Notes: generated by a model not told the origin, from the letters alone. A stretch of 64,000 nt of DNA from Verrucomicrobiota bacterium (GCA_003176045.1 PSRM01000108.1:4171-68170), one strand, 5' to 3'. Numbered from the stretch's first letter, positions 36,201 to 45,816 are shown. Program-made: numbers and translations.

Positions 36201-39200
36201 GCGGCCGTGGAGGTGTTGGCTGAGGCGCCGGGCTGGCTATAGCCATCAATGAGGGCGGGCACAACCAGCGGCGGAAGTGGCGATAGCGGAGTGATGGTTT
36301 GCACGCCTGCGCCCGGGATGTTAAAGCTGATGATGTTCCCTGCGGAAATGTAGCTGTTGCAATCGAGAATGGCCTGGCGCAATGAGCCGGAGCCGCTATC
36401 GGCCGTATTGATGACTGTAAAGGTGCGGCCAGCGGCGCTGCTGGTGGCCGTGATGAGCGCGGAGAACTCAGATGTGTTTCCGGCCGGATCGGTCGCGGTC
36501 GCGACAATGTAAGGCCCGGGCAATTGGGGCCAACCTACGGCGGCGGTGAAGCTGGCATTACCGGTGCCATCGGTAGTGATGTTGGTTGTGCCCAGCCAGA
36601 ACTGGCCCTGTCCGTAACCGGAAGGTTCCTGGACGCTGTTGGCATAGAAATCGAGGATGTAATTTTTGTTGGGCATGCTGTTGAGCGTGCCTGATATGAA
36701 AGTCCCGCCGGGCGAATTACTGGCGAGGGTTAAGACCGGATAGTTTTGCTGCCCATTGGCGCCAAGGTCGGAGTCTCCAGGATCGTTGTAGCTCTGGTTT
36801 GCGTAACCGCCCTGACCGAGGGCGATCCCGAATTGCTTATTAGCGAAAATGGCGTTAGCCCGAATGACATTGTTAGAAGCGAAATCAGAACGAACGAACA
36901 CTCCGGGTCCGTTGTTGTAGCTGATGGTATTCGCCATGGTGGCACTGGAGCCGCCGATTTGGTTGCCGACTGCGAAGGCGTCCAGGAGGATGCCGCCCAG
37001 TTGATTGGTCAGGCCGATGACGCCTGTGGCATCCAGGCCCACGTGATTGCGCTGAATCATCGTACCTGAGGCGTTATAGACGGCGATGCCATAGCGGCCA
37101 TTGCCGCCGATAACGTTGCCTGCGCCCATGCGGGTGCCGCCAACGATGTTGGAGATGGCAGTACTGGCCCAAAAAGCGACGCCGTTGCTACCGTTGCCGA
37201 CGGTGCCGGTTCCCGTGAGCGTTGTGCCAATGAGATTACCGACAATGGAATTGCTGGGGGTGTAGATTTCGATTCCATCGGCGGTGTTTGCCGAAATGAT
37301 ATTGGCCGCGCCCGCCGCGTTGCCACCGATCGTGTTGCGTCCGGCAAAGTTGATCGTCACACCGGCGGCCCCATTACCGACGGCGGCACCGTTGACGCCC
37401 AGACCAATGACATTGCCCTGGACAAGATTGTTGGTGGCGGCGAGGGCGTTGAACCATATTCCGCGGTTGTTGTTGCCCGAGATGAAGTTCCCCTGGCCAA
37501 CAGTTGTTCCGCCGATGAGGTTTCCGCCCGAAAGGACAGAAATTCCGCCACCATTCGCCAGACGGGAAGTGCCGGCGGCGTTTAGGCCGATATAGCAGCC
37601 CTGCACCGTGTTAGTTCCTTTGGTTTTGAGCACCAGGCCATTGCCGCCAAAACGGTTGATGACCAGGGCGCGCACGACGGAGGAGCCGCCGGCCAGGGTC
37701 AGCCCGTCGGTCGCGCCTCCGGCGTTGGCGCCGTTCAGTTCGATTTTGGGCGTGCCCGAATAGCCCGGTTGGGATGTGCCATCAATGGTGACGGCGTTGG
37801 TAACCGTGGGCAAGGCGCTGGCCGGTGTCATCGTCAGGCTGGAATTCGTGATGTTGAAATTAATCAGCGCCAGGCCATGCGTCGCGTTGACGTTCAACAA
37901 CGCTTGTCGCAGCGAACCGGCGCCGCTGTCGTTGGTATTGATGACTGTGAAGGTCGCTGGCGAATCGGTATCCGCAATGGTCAAAGTTGACCGAGAGACC
38001 GCTCCCAGATGCGCCCCCGCGGTCGGATTGCTCAGTTGCAACTGAACGGTGAGCGGGCCGGTGGCAACATTATCGTGCAGAATCGGAACGCTAAAAGTTT
38101 GGGAGGTATCTGTGGGCCCGAAGTTTAGGGTGCCTGAAGTGGTAGTGTAATTGGTGCCGGGCACGGCAGATCCGCCCGGAACTGTGGCGTAGGAGACCGA
38201 TACGTTGGTCGCAAGCTCGGCGACTTTAGTGACTGTGATAACGGCCACTGTGCCGGTCTCGCCTATGGTGTAGTGGGGCGCGCTGAACTGCAAGACACCC
38301 CAGCCTTTGCCGAGGGCGCTAAAGGCGGCCAACTCAGTCGGCGAAAGATCGTTGGTCTCTTGAGGGGGAAGGGCGGCAGCGGCCTGGGGATTATCCAGGA
38401 AGTATAAGCGCAGACGGGGCCAATCCTGTGAGCTGACCAGGACATTAGTTAATGAGCCGTTTGTCCCTGAGAGGAAATCAATATCTCTGGCCACACTAAA
38501 TTCCGAATCGCTGCCATTGCCATTCCAATCAATAGAGCCAAATTCGGGCACGATCAGGTTGGTTCCCGCTACAGCGACACCGTTGGTCATCCACGGGCCG
38601 GCGCGAACGAGGATGTTCTCGTGGCCGAGCGGCCCGCCAACGCCCACGTTTTCATCCAGGTTTGCCTCGTTCAGGGTCTGGAAATCATCGCGCGAAAAAT
38701 CCAATGCCCAATTGGTCCAACTGACAGTAGTTCCAGGATAGGCCCACTGATAATTCATGACGCTGTGGTAATTGGGCTTGTAGTTGAGGCTGTCAATCCC
38801 GCCATGCCCCAAGCCCAGATTATGCACCAATTCGTGCATAAAGGCGGCCGTCGGGCCGTCTGAGTCGGATGAAGTTGTATCAGCACCCACTGCCACATAG
38901 AAGTCATTGCCTCCTAATTCGCCTTGTCCGCCAGCCGCGGGGTTTGTATCGGCGAAAAGGCAGTAGTGATATACCAGGCGCCTGGCTGCGAGAATATTAG
39001 CGGCATTGGTGGGGTTGTTTCGTTGCGCCGATGTGCCGAAGAAATTGGTTTTGATCACCTGGAATAAGGTCCAGGCATTGGTGCTGCCCCATGGCGCAAA
39101 GGGCACATTGGTTTCGTCCAATTCCATATGCAGCGAAATACCGGGGTCGGTTTCGGGATTATTGACCGGGGCTGTAAAAAAGCCGTCCGTGTAGTCCGGG

Positions 39201-41776
39201 GCGCGACCGATGGCTACATCAAACAGATGATTCATGTCCGGGGTCCGGCCGGCCATGGTATCAATTTCGACATAAATATCCTTCCCATACGGATCGGCGC
39301 CTGTCAGCGTGAGGTCTATCACACCGTCTTCGTTCACATCAATGCCTCGGGTTTCCCAGGCATCGGGAATGCCGTCGCCGTCGGTGTCAACGGGAGAGAA
39401 TTCGGAGGTGTTGAGCCACAGCAGGTCTGTAGCGGTGGCGGCGAAGAACAAATCATTGGGCAAAAACATGTTCGTAAAGACGACCACCCCGTTGGCATCG
39501 GTCACAACATTGGTCCAGTACATGAAGGTTTCGCCTTCGCCGAACCCTGAAGGGTCGGGAGCGGAATTGCGATAGACCTCGATGCGAAAAGTCCGGCTGC
39601 GCGCGCTGGTCAGCGTCCATGTGATTTCATGTGTGCCGTCCGGATGAAAGTAGGTCCGGGTAACCACCGGATAATTCTGGCGCGCATTGGGGCCGTTTGT
39701 GAGATTTCCGAACTGAGGCAGGTCAAAGGAATCGTTGCCCAGGTCAATGCCGCGACCGGCGTTAGCGTAGATGTTATTGCCGAGGACAGGATTGTTGGTT
39801 CCAGACTCGATCACAACGCCATGGCCCTTGAAAAGCAAGTTTGAGCCGTTATAGGCGATAAAGTTTTTGTCCGCGCTTTCCAGACCCCCGATCCAATTGC
39901 CGCTGCTGCCGTGGACGAACACGCCGCTGGCGCCGTTGCCGGTTTGAGATACGCCGATGAAATTGCCCTGCACGAGATTATTGCGCGACCCGCTGCCGAA
40001 TGGCCCGGTTGTGATGAGGACGCCGTTGCTGATGTTGCCGGAAATGATGTTGCCCGCGCCGCTGGAATTGCCCCCGATGGTATTATTTGTCGAATCCAGC
40101 AGCGCCACGCCGTTCCATGCATTGGGCACGCGCGTTTGCCCAAGGCCGTTCATGCCGATGCTGTTGCCCAAGATTTGATTCCCAGAAGCGCCCGGGCCGA
40201 TCTCGATGCCGTTCCGCCCATTGCCGCCGATCACATTGGCTGCGGAAGCACCAGCCGGGTTGCCGGTGGCAAGCCCGCCGATGATGTTGTTGGAACTGGC
40301 TTGAGCCGTTACGGGATTGGTGCTCAGCAGGATGCCATCTTTGCTGTTGGCCAGCAGCAACTGGCCCGTCACATCGGTCCCGATCATATTGCCCTGCACG
40401 GTATTGCCCATGGAACCATCAATTTCGATCCCATTGCCGCCATTGCCGGAAATGACGTTGGCCGATCCGGAGCGGGCGCCGCCGATGGTGGTGTAAGGAG
40501 CGGGACCGCCGATGGTGTTATAGGGGCTGTCCACGATGTGAATCCCGTTGTTGCTATTGGCCAGAAAGGATGTCCCGAGCAGGCCGGTCCCGATAAAATT
40601 GGCCTGGATGACATTGCTTTTGGAAAGGCTGCTCCATACGCCAACGCCATCTGCGCCGCTGGCGGAAATGACATTGCCGGCGTCGGGCGCGCCAATGGTG
40701 ATCTGGGTGGCATTGGAGATGAGAATGCCCGATCCGAGATTGATCCACCCGAAGGTGCCGTCGCGGTTCAAACCGATGTAATTGCCCAGGATTTGGTTGC
40801 GTACGGGCCCCAAGGTGCCGCCCCAAACATAGACCCCGTGGCGGCCGTTGCTGGAGACGAAGTTGCGAGAAGCGGGGTCCGTGCCCCCAAGAACGCTGTC
40901 GGTGGCGTAAACGGTTGTGCCCTGCAAGGCGTTGAACTCCACTCCGTCCTGCTGGTTGCCCAGACCGTGCAGGCCGGTGGCGTCGAGGCCGATGTAATTG
41001 CCCTGAACCTGGTTAGAGGCGCCGCCCAGGAGCCACACTCCGGCAGCATTGGCGCTAATCACGTTGCGCGTCGAACTGGTTAATCCGCCGATGAGGTTGG
41101 AGGAACACATTACGACTGTGATACCTGCGCTGCCGTTGCCTGCCGCGTTCGTCCCGGTGGAATCGGTACCGATCCAGCAACCCTGGACCTGGTCGTTGCC
41201 ATTGGTTTCCAAAACGATGCCCGCGAAAGCGAAGCGGTTGATGATTAGTCCCCGGATGGCGCTATTGCCGGCGCGCAACTCGAATCCGTTGCAACTCCCG
41301 GCCGAACTGCCGTTGATCTCGACTACCGGACTGCCCGCGTAACCGGACTGAGAGGTGCCGTCAATCAGCACCGGGCGAGTGAGGAACGGCAGCAAGCTGG
41401 CTGGGGTGATCGTGTGGACGCCATGGCCGGAAAGGCTGAACTGAATGACCGTGACGGAGTTCGAGCTGGCATTGGCATCCAGCATCGCCTGGCGCAGTGA
41501 ACCGCCGCCGGAATCCTTGGTGTTGCTCACCGTGTTGGTGCCAACGGTGGCCGGAGCGGAATTGATGGCGCAGATGAAGCTGACTAATACACAGAAGACC
41601 AGCAGGGGACACGACGAAGTTTTCACAGCACTTGCACTCAATCTGGAAGCTGCGCGAATGGTAACAATGGCGAGTGATTGTGTCAATGCGCCACCTGGGA
41701 GCGCGGGCATCTTGCCCGCGAGTCGGGCGAGGGGGAATTTATGATTTATGATTTGGGAATGGACCGCCGCTCGCAC
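33296..41776 (-). CDS. Giant (2826 aa) secreted protein: four tandem beta-helix modules with an embedded metzincin-like protease domain and a Calx-beta domain
   Basis: Four N-cap motifs (GGGSLRQAML, GAGSLRQALL, GSGSLRQAIL, HTSLREAVF), each followed by many PbH1-like N.I.GN...GI repeats and a cap ending NTSEFSP. HELVHNLGLGH plus HSVMNY at nt 38804-38836. DTDGDGIPDAWE. Calx-beta-like VSVSYATVPGGSAVPGTNYTTTSGTLNFGP. Tail LFFRLKSS. Confidence 0.85.
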   Translation of the reverse strand: MRAAVHSQIINHKFPLARLAGKMPALPGGALTQSLAIVTIRAASRLSASAVKTSSCPLLVFCVLVSFICAINSAPATVGTNTVSNTKDSGGGSLRQAMLDANASSNSVTVIQFSLSGHGVHTITPASLLPFLTRPVLIDGTSQSGYAGSPVVEINGSSAGSCNGFELRAGNSAIRGLIINRFAFAGIVLETNGNDQVQGCWIGTDSTGTNAAGNGSAGITVVMCSSNLIGGLTSSTRNVISANAAGVWLLGGASNQVQGNYIGLDATGLHGLGNQQDGVEFNALQGTTVYATDSVLGGTDPASRNFVSSNGRHGVYVWGGTLGPVRNQILGNYIGLNRDGTFGWINLGSGILISNATQITIGAPDAGNVISASGADGVGVWSSLSKSNVIQANFIGTGLLGTSFLANSNNGIHIVDSPYNTIGGPAPYTTIGGARSGSANVISGNGGNGIEIDGSMGNTVQGNMIGTDVTGQLLLANSKDGILLSTNPVTAQASSNNIIGGLATGNPAGASAANVIGGNGRNGIEIGPGASGNQILGNSIGMNGLGQTRVPNAWNGVALLDSTNNTIGGNSSGAGNIISGNISNGVLITTGPFGSGSRNNLVQGNFIGVSQTGNGASGVFVHGSSGNWIGGLESADKNFIAYNGSNLLFKGHGVVIESGTNNPVLGNNIYANAGRGIDLGNDSFDLPQFGNLTNGPNARQNYPVVTRTYFHPDGTHEITWTLTSARSRTFRIEVYRNSAPDPSGFGEGETFMYWTNVVTDANGVVVFTNMFLPNDLFFAATATDLLWLNTSEFSPVDTDGDGIPDAWETRGIDVNEDGVIDLTLTGADPYGKDIYVEIDTMAGRTPDMNHLFDVAIGRAPDYTDGFFTAPVNNPETDPGISLHMELDETNVPFAPWGSTNAWTLFQVIKTNFFGTSAQRNNPTNAANILAARRLVYHYCLFADTNPAAGGQGELGGNDFYVAVGADTTSSDSDGPTAAFMHELVHNLGLGHGGIDSLNYKPNYHSVMNYQWAYPGTTVSWTNWALDFSRDDFQTLNEANLDENVGVGGPLGHENILVRAGPWMTNGVAVAGTNLIVPEFGSIDWNGNGSDSEFSVARDIDFLSGTNGSLTNVLVSSQDWPRLRLYFLDNPQAAAALPPQETNDLSPTELAAFSALGKGWGVLQFSAPHYTIGETGTVAVITVTKVAELATNVSVSYATVPGGSAVPGTNYTTTSGTLNFGPTDTSQTFSVPILHDNVATGPLTVQLQLSNPTAGAHLGAVSRSTLTIADTDSPATFTVINTNDSGAGSLRQALLNVNATHGLALINFNITNSSLTMTPASALPTVTNAVTIDGTSQPGYSGTPKIELNGANAGGATDGLTLAGGSSVVRALVINRFGGNGLVLKTKGTNTVQGCYIGLNAAGTSRLANGGGISVLSGGNLIGGTTVGQGNFISGNNNRGIWFNALAATNNLVQGNVIGLGVNGAAVGNGAAGVTINFAGRNTIGGNAAGAANIISANTADGIEIYTPSNSIVGNLIGTTLTGTGTVGNGSNGVAFWASTAISNIVGGTRMGAGNVIGGNGRYGIAVYNASGTMIQRNHVGLDATGVIGLTNQLGGILLDAFAVGNQIGGSSATMANTISYNNGPGVFVRSDFASNNVIRANAIFANKQFGIALGQGGYANQSYNDPGDSDLGANGQQNYPVLTLASNSPGGTFISGTLNSMPNKNYILDFYANSVQEPSGYGQGQFWLGTTNITTDGTGNASFTAAVGWPQLPGPYIVATATDPAGNTSEFSALITATSSAAGRTFTVINTADSGSGSLRQAILDCNSYISAGNIISFNIPGAGVQTITPLSPLPPLVVPALIDGYSQPGASANTSTAADNAVLLVELNGSQVPNASGLVLAAGNSTIQGLVINRFGTNSVNFGGGTVIGGLELRGFGGNTVQGNFIGTDPTGMVGRGNFWQGIFINGSSNNLVGGTAPAQRNVISGNHYVIAPGTGVYNSGDAISIVGAGNTIQGNFIGVAADGRSALGNDGFGVRFTSGYNGNIPVGHTTIGGTVPGAGNIIAFNGSATYTFLGGGVDDPLYQCCGNAVLGNSIYSNILMGIQGDMVNSRNALGNFPFLSSALSSNGQAIIQGRLNGISNAIHRIEFFANDWLDPSGFGQGQRFLGSTNITTDTNGFASFAAVLPASITNGQYVSATATDNQNNTSEFSPRLKVGDVLTNVLVVNTSDDLDTGAATPGHTSLREAVFAANNHPGPDTIRFSIGSGVQFIQPSTSVPAIMDSGLTIDATSQPGYAGRPLIDYQSLGATVGFRLYSRSNTIRGFAIHDFQYGIYSSYQYSSIGVGGNVFEANYIGPNYSGTNNFSNQAYGLSLYYCPSNRIGGTTAAVRNIISDNNNIGLQIYGGGGNTIQGNYIGLDYTGTNKLPNGAFIDAVGGIVMGACDYNLIGGSTPGARNVIAGNYPHEFWAPDETSYDTIQGNFFGTDITGKRAFGSPDGTQLAGGFCLIQSNLIAEPFYLTMSNRFVGNLIGTDITGTNALGLGSVTAQWGNLIGGTDAASRNVFSGAGGILLEVGNIMQGNYVGLAADGVTPLGNFNDGVQIEGDGNIVGGLVPGAANIICCNGNNGIDVLSGVNNGLFHNSIYGNTNLGIALNNGIVTNDPGDFDTGPNNLQNFPILQSAYNTGAATLISGALNSISNTTFYIELFSNSACSPLGFGQGRGFLTSLTVTTDPSGYAPFSFNYPSPLPSGVVLTATASDLTNNTSEFSPCLTAVQDTNHVALSYNLAPPVLTLSWPTWAPSYVLQRATNLAPPVAWQIISNGITTNAGFKIYSVTNGPTLFFRLKSS

Positions 41777-41894
41777 GCAGGGCTTCGACCAGTCTTGGCA
41801 GCGCTCCCCGCCATCGAAACGCTGCTACGCGGCGAGTCGGCGCGGCGAGTAAAATGGAGGACGAAGTGATTGGCCAATGCGTCCATTATCCGTT

Positions 41895-42290
41895 TCAGTG
41901 CGATTCAAAGCCACCGGGTGAACCCCTCCCGCCTCTTTCCAGTGCCGCGACCAACTCCTTAAGATTCGAAAACACGAAGTCAGGTGTGACCGTCGCCCGT
42001 CGGGCCAGCCCTCTGCCGGCCAGCAGACTGGGCCGGTTGATCCAGGCCGTCCGGAACCCGAGCGCTTGGCCGGCACATGATCGTGATAGAGGCCGTGATC
42101 ACGTGATCGAACCGGATTTGCAGCCGCCGTTGCGTCCCCGCAAACAGCGCGTCATCCGTGTTCGATATGATCGCCAGCCTAAATCTCGTTGATAGCCGGC
42201 GCAGCGCCTCGATCGTGTCCGCAAAAGGTGGCGATCTGGGAAGCGAATCCGCGAGCAACCATGCTTCTGAGCCGGGACAAGGGTGAAATG
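41895..42290 (-). pseudogene. Degraded HAD-superfamily (haloacid dehalogenase-like) hydrolase remnant
   Basis: One frame gives PFADTIEALRRLSTRFRLAIISNTDDALFAGTQRRLQIRFDHVITA. A second frame gives AGQALGFRTAWINRPS...ATVTPDFVFSNLKELVAAL then a stop at 41895. The catalytic N-terminus and a middle segment are missing. Confidence 0.6.
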
Positions 42291-42301
42291 GCTGAGTTGC
42301 C

Positions 42302-42655
42302 CTAGCTCGATGCAATCTTGTAGGCCATGCTGACGCTGACGACAACCGAAATAATGCTGATGATCGGAAACTCTCCATACATGAGGTACAGCGTGCCCAC
42401 AACTGCCGGCGCAGCGATGCCGCCACAAATATAGCCAAGCGTTTCATCGCCGCCTTTGGCGAGTAGCTTGGCGAAAAAACCGGTCAAAATGCCGATTCCG
42501 ACACCCAATAATGGGAAGCGAAATCCGGCCAGCTTGTAAAAGGCGTACATCGCGCCAATGCCCGCCGCAGCACCCAGGATTGCGCCCACAACTCCTTTGC
42601 CCAGGTTCGAGCCGTCGCTGAACGCAGTTGTATTCGGATTTTCGATAATGTTCAT
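42302..42655 (-). CDS. Small Gly-rich membrane protein
   Basis: Three hydrophobic Gly/Ala-rich segments (GVVGAILGAAAGIGAMYAF, LLGVGIGILTGFFA, ICGGIAAPAVVGTLYL). Confidence 0.5.
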   Translation of the reverse strand: MNIIENPNTTAFSDGSNLGKGVVGAILGAAAGIGAMYAFYKLAGFRFPLLGVGIGILTGFFAKLLAKGGDETLGYICGGIAAPAVVGTLYLMYGEFPIISIISVVVSVSMAYKIASS

Positions 42656-42792
42656 AGGCTGTAAATCAGCAGGATGGGTGCCACGGGCGGCGCTTGGTAT
42701 ATTGACCCATAGACACAGGCGTTATAAGGGGCTTTATTAGCATTAGCTCGGGAGGTTATGTATTGGCCCGGGCAGCCGAAAGGAGAGATTAA

Positions 42793-43209
42793 ATGAGCAG
42801 ATTCATCACCGTTCTCATTCCCGTGATCTGGCTGGTCACCGCAGGCCAGACCCAAGCCCAGACCAACACCCCCGCGCCGTCTCGCAAGCATAATGCCGAG
42901 CCAACCGGCGCCGATGAGCGGTTAAACCGGCTTGCCGAAGAACTCAAATTGAGTGATGAACAAAAAGTCAAAGTCCAGGCCGCGTTTGAAGAAATGCGGG
43001 ACAAAATTCAAGGCGCTATCCTTGAGGCACGGACAAACGTCGAGTCGCGCTTGCGCAAGGCCTTGAGCCCTGAACAGTACGAAAAGCTCGAAAACCTGCT
43101 CGAACAGCGCCCGCGATCATCCAGCCGCCACCCTGAAGACGGCCAATCAGGGACTAATCAAAACAGTTCTGCCCCTCTGCTTGATCGGAGCGCCAATACG
43201 CATCTGTAG
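42793..43209 (+). CDS. Periplasmic Spy/CpxP-like (LTxxQ-type) protein
   Basis: Signal peptide MSRFITVLIPVIWLVTAGQTQAQ. Motifs LSDEQKVKVQAAFEEMRDKI and LSPEQYEKLENLLEQR. Confidence 0.55.
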   Translation: MSRFITVLIPVIWLVTAGQTQAQTNTPAPSRKHNAEPTGADERLNRLAEELKLSDEQKVKVQAAFEEMRDKIQGAILEARTNVESRLRKALSPEQYEKLENLLEQRPRSSSRHPEDGQSGTNQNSSAPLLDRSANTHL

Positions 43210-43245
43210 CCATCGGCGGGACTAACCGCGTTTGCGACCCGCCGG

Positions 43246-43665
43246 CTACTCCCCAATAATCTTCACCATGGCCCGCTTCCTTCTCCGGCCGTCGAACTCG
43301 CCGTAAAAAATCTGTTCCCAGGGTCCGAAATCGAGTTTGCCTTTGGTGATGGCCACCACCACCTCGCGGCCCATGATTTGGCGTTTGAGATGGGCGTCGG
43401 CGTTGTCCTCTCCCGTGCGGTTATGCTGATATTGTGAGGTTGGCGCGTGCGGCGCCAGCTTCTCCAGCCAGATTTCGTAATCGTGGTGCAGGCCGCTTTC
43501 GTCATCGTTTATGAAAACGGAGGCGGTGATGTGCATGGCGTTGACCAGGCATAAACCTTCCTGCACCCCGCTTTTACGGACTAATTCTTCAACCGTCCGC
43601 GTAATATTCACAAAACCCCGGCGAGCGGGCACTTCAAACCACAAATGTTCGGTCAGGCTTTTCAT
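43246..43665 (-). CDS. yjbQ: YjbQ/UPF0047 family protein (secondary thiamine-phosphate synthase-like)
   Basis: [45 protein letters not shown]...[37 protein letters not shown]. Confidence 0.85.
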   Translation of the reverse strand: MKSLTEHLWFEVPARRGFVNITRTVEELVRKSGVQEGLCLVNAMHITASVFINDDESGLHHDYEIWLEKLAPHAPTSQYQHNRTGEDNADAHLKRQIMGREVVVAITKGKLDFGPWEQIFYGEFDGRRRKRAMVKIIGE

Positions 43666-43670
43666 GATTT

Positions 43671-43807
43671 AAAGTTCAAGGGTCCGAGTTCAAGGTTCAA
43701 AGTTCAAGGTTCAAAGTTTTCGGCCGCAAACTCTTCCATCTGCCCCATGTATCTCAATGTAACCATGTAACCATGTAACCTATTTAACCTATTTAGCTTA
43801 ATTAACC
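43671..43807. repeat. Arrays (gttcaag/a)n, (atgtaacc)x3 and (tatttaacc)x~3
   Basis: 43671-43717 is the same unit as the 22209 array. 43757-43807 is the reverse complement of the 29734 array family. Confidence 0.85.
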
Positions 43808-44031
43808 TCTTTCGCCGCTTCCGCCATGTTTCGCCGTATCCGCGCCAACTGGCATTGCGGCTGCTCAGAATAGCTCCGAAGTCCTTGAAGTACCCAGGCG
43901 CAGGCATTGCGCCCGGAGAACACAAGCTCAAGAACAGGCAACTGAAGCAACCCTGCCAAATTTTGAGACAGGGACAGAGAAGAAAATCGGCAGCCCCGAA
44001 GGCCTTCGTGGCAAACCAAATACGAAAGAAT

Positions 44032-45324
44032 ATGAATGCGAAACAAACGATGCGGTATTTTGTGCCATCTCAAACGGGTGCTGGGCGCTTGGCCCGGGCC
44101 GGGCAGGCCATCACGCGCGCGGCTCTGCTCCTGGCGCTGCTCTGTCCACTGGCCACGCAGGCCGTAGGCTACCGGCTCCCAAACCAGGATCCGGACGCCA
44201 TTGCGCGCGGGAACGCTTTCGTTGCCACTGCGGATAATCCTTCTGCCATCTATTACAACCCCGCAGGAATTACCCAGCTCGATGGCCAGCAAGCTCGCGC
44301 CGGCCTTTACCTCGTCTCAGGCGGTTACACCTATGACGCGCCCAATGGCAAGGAATACAAAGCCGACTCGGCCTATCAACCCGTGCCGCAACTGTATTAC
44401 GTTATCTCCCCGAAAGAGCTTCCCTTAAGCTTCGGGCTGGGCGTCTATGCTCCTTATGGCCTCTCGTTGGATTGGGGACGAAATACGTCGTTCAATACTA
44501 TCGCCGAGAAGGGCAAGCTCGAATACATCAGCATAAATCCGGTAGTGGCCTGGAAAGCGCTGCCGACGCTTTCGTTCGCGATCGGGCCCACGATCAACTA
44601 CTCGAAAGCGAAATTCGAACGAGCCATCGGCCTACTGCCCTCGCCCCCATTCCCGGCTGAAGGCGGCCATTTTTCCGTCGAAGGCGACGGCTGGGGCTAT
44701 GGCCTCAATGCAGGAGTGCGGTGGCAACCTTCCGAAACCCTGGCCTTCGGCATCAACTATCGTTTGGCAACCGATGTGGACTACGACGGCTCATCGAGCA
44801 CCACTCCCTCGCCTCCGTTGCCGGCATCGGTTTCAACGACCGCCTCAATCCATTTTCCGCAGTTCATCGTAGGCGGCATTTCCTACCGGCCTTCTGACAA
44901 TTGGAACCTGGAGTTCAACCTGGATTGGACCGACTGGGACAGCGTCAACAGCATCCCGATCAACCATACGGCATTCGGGAATACCGCCCTTGCCTTGAAC
45001 TACCATTCCAGCTTCATGTATGAGTTTGGCGCCACCCGCCAGCTCGGCAGAGGCTACTTCGCAAGCATCGGCTATTTCTACAGCGAGAATTCCAGTCCGG
45101 ACAAATATTTCAATCCGATCATTCCTGACACGGATCTGCACCTGGGCAGCCTCGGCGGAGGCTACCGAGGCACGCGTTGGGGTTGGTCTGCCGCCTGGCA
45201 CTTCGGCTACAACCCTGGCCGCACAGTGGAAGGAAGCCCGGTTTCCATGACCGGCCAAACCGCCGACGGCCGCTACCACGTCTTCAACAACGGCTTCAAC
45301 GTGGCCGTGACGCTGAAGTTCTGA
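44032..45324 (+). CDS. FadL/OmpP1/TodX-family outer-membrane hydrophobic-compound transporter
   Basis: ORF trimmed to ATG 44032. Signal peptide, then AVGYRLPNQDPDAIARGNAFVATADNPSAIYYNPAGITQL. Beta-barrel-like alternation, ending ...FNVAVTLKF. Confidence 0.85.
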   Translation: MNAKQTMRYFVPSQTGAGRLARAGQAITRAALLLALLCPLATQAVGYRLPNQDPDAIARGNAFVATADNPSAIYYNPAGITQLDGQQARAGLYLVSGGYTYDAPNGKEYKADSAYQPVPQLYYVISPKELPLSFGLGVYAPYGLSLDWGRNTSFNTIAEKGKLEYISINPVVAWKALPTLSFAIGPTINYSKAKFERAIGLLPSPPFPAEGGHFSVEGDGWGYGLNAGVRWQPSETLAFGINYRLATDVDYDGSSSTTPSPPLPASVSTTASIHFPQFIVGGISYRPSDNWNLEFNLDWTDWDSVNSIPINHTAFGNTALALNYHSSFMYEFGATRQLGRGYFASIGYFYSENSSPDKYFNPIIPDTDLHLGSLGGGYRGTRWGWSAAWHFGYNPGRTVEGSPVSMTGQTADGRYHVFNNGFNVAVTLKF

Positions 45325-45816
45325 ATGAGAGCAGTCAAAGGCGACATGAGCCTTCGACACCTGAAGCTGCGCTGCTGTGGACTCCTTCTCTTGACGGGAG
45401 TGGTGGTCATGACATCGTACGCATCTTGGAAAATGGGAGACCAGAATGTTTTAACTGTCGCCCATGGCGATCTTCAATATGTGAGCGACTGGGACGGCCT
45501 TGTCCACCATCTGCAACTCCTTGCTCCATTGCTGGTGCTTGCCATGTCTTTGTTCATGGCCAGAGGAAGCAGAATGGCTCATTGGTGCGCAGGTGTTCTT
45601 GGTGGCGTCTGCCTTTCGACAATCATCTTTCGCTATGCAGCGCGGCCCGGATCTGCATGGTATGACTGGTACAGCCTTCGGCCTTTCCTCTACGGATATT
45701 GGCTGGATTACCTCGTCGCAGCACAGTTTGTTACTGCGCTTTTCTTGCTTTTCGAAGTTCTCCGAGACCGGCGCAAGGGGGCGGAACAGATCACGGTTCC
45801 AGATCTTCCAGCCTGA
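45325..45816 (+). CDS. Hypothetical membrane protein (4 TM)
   Basis: The start abuts the FadL stop (TGAATG). Contains hydrophobic helices. Confidence 0.5.
   Translation: MRAVKGDMSLRHLKLRCCGLLLLTGVVVMTSYASWKMGDQNVLTVAHGDLQYVSDWDGLVHHLQLLAPLLVLAMSLFMARGSRMAHWCAGVLGGVCLSTIIFRYAARPGSAWYDWYSLRPFLYGYWLDYLVAAQFVTALFLLFEVLRDRRKGAEQITVPDLPA

Noticed and set aside
33876-41612. Dozens of 60-390-aa ORFs on both strands inside the giant gene (e.g. 39911..41083 +, 35021..35821 +).
   Set aside because: All are nested in one uninterrupted 8.5-kb frame with clear repeated beta-helix motifs. Their compositions (Arg/Gly/Ala/Pro runs) are typical of off-frame GC-rich sequence.
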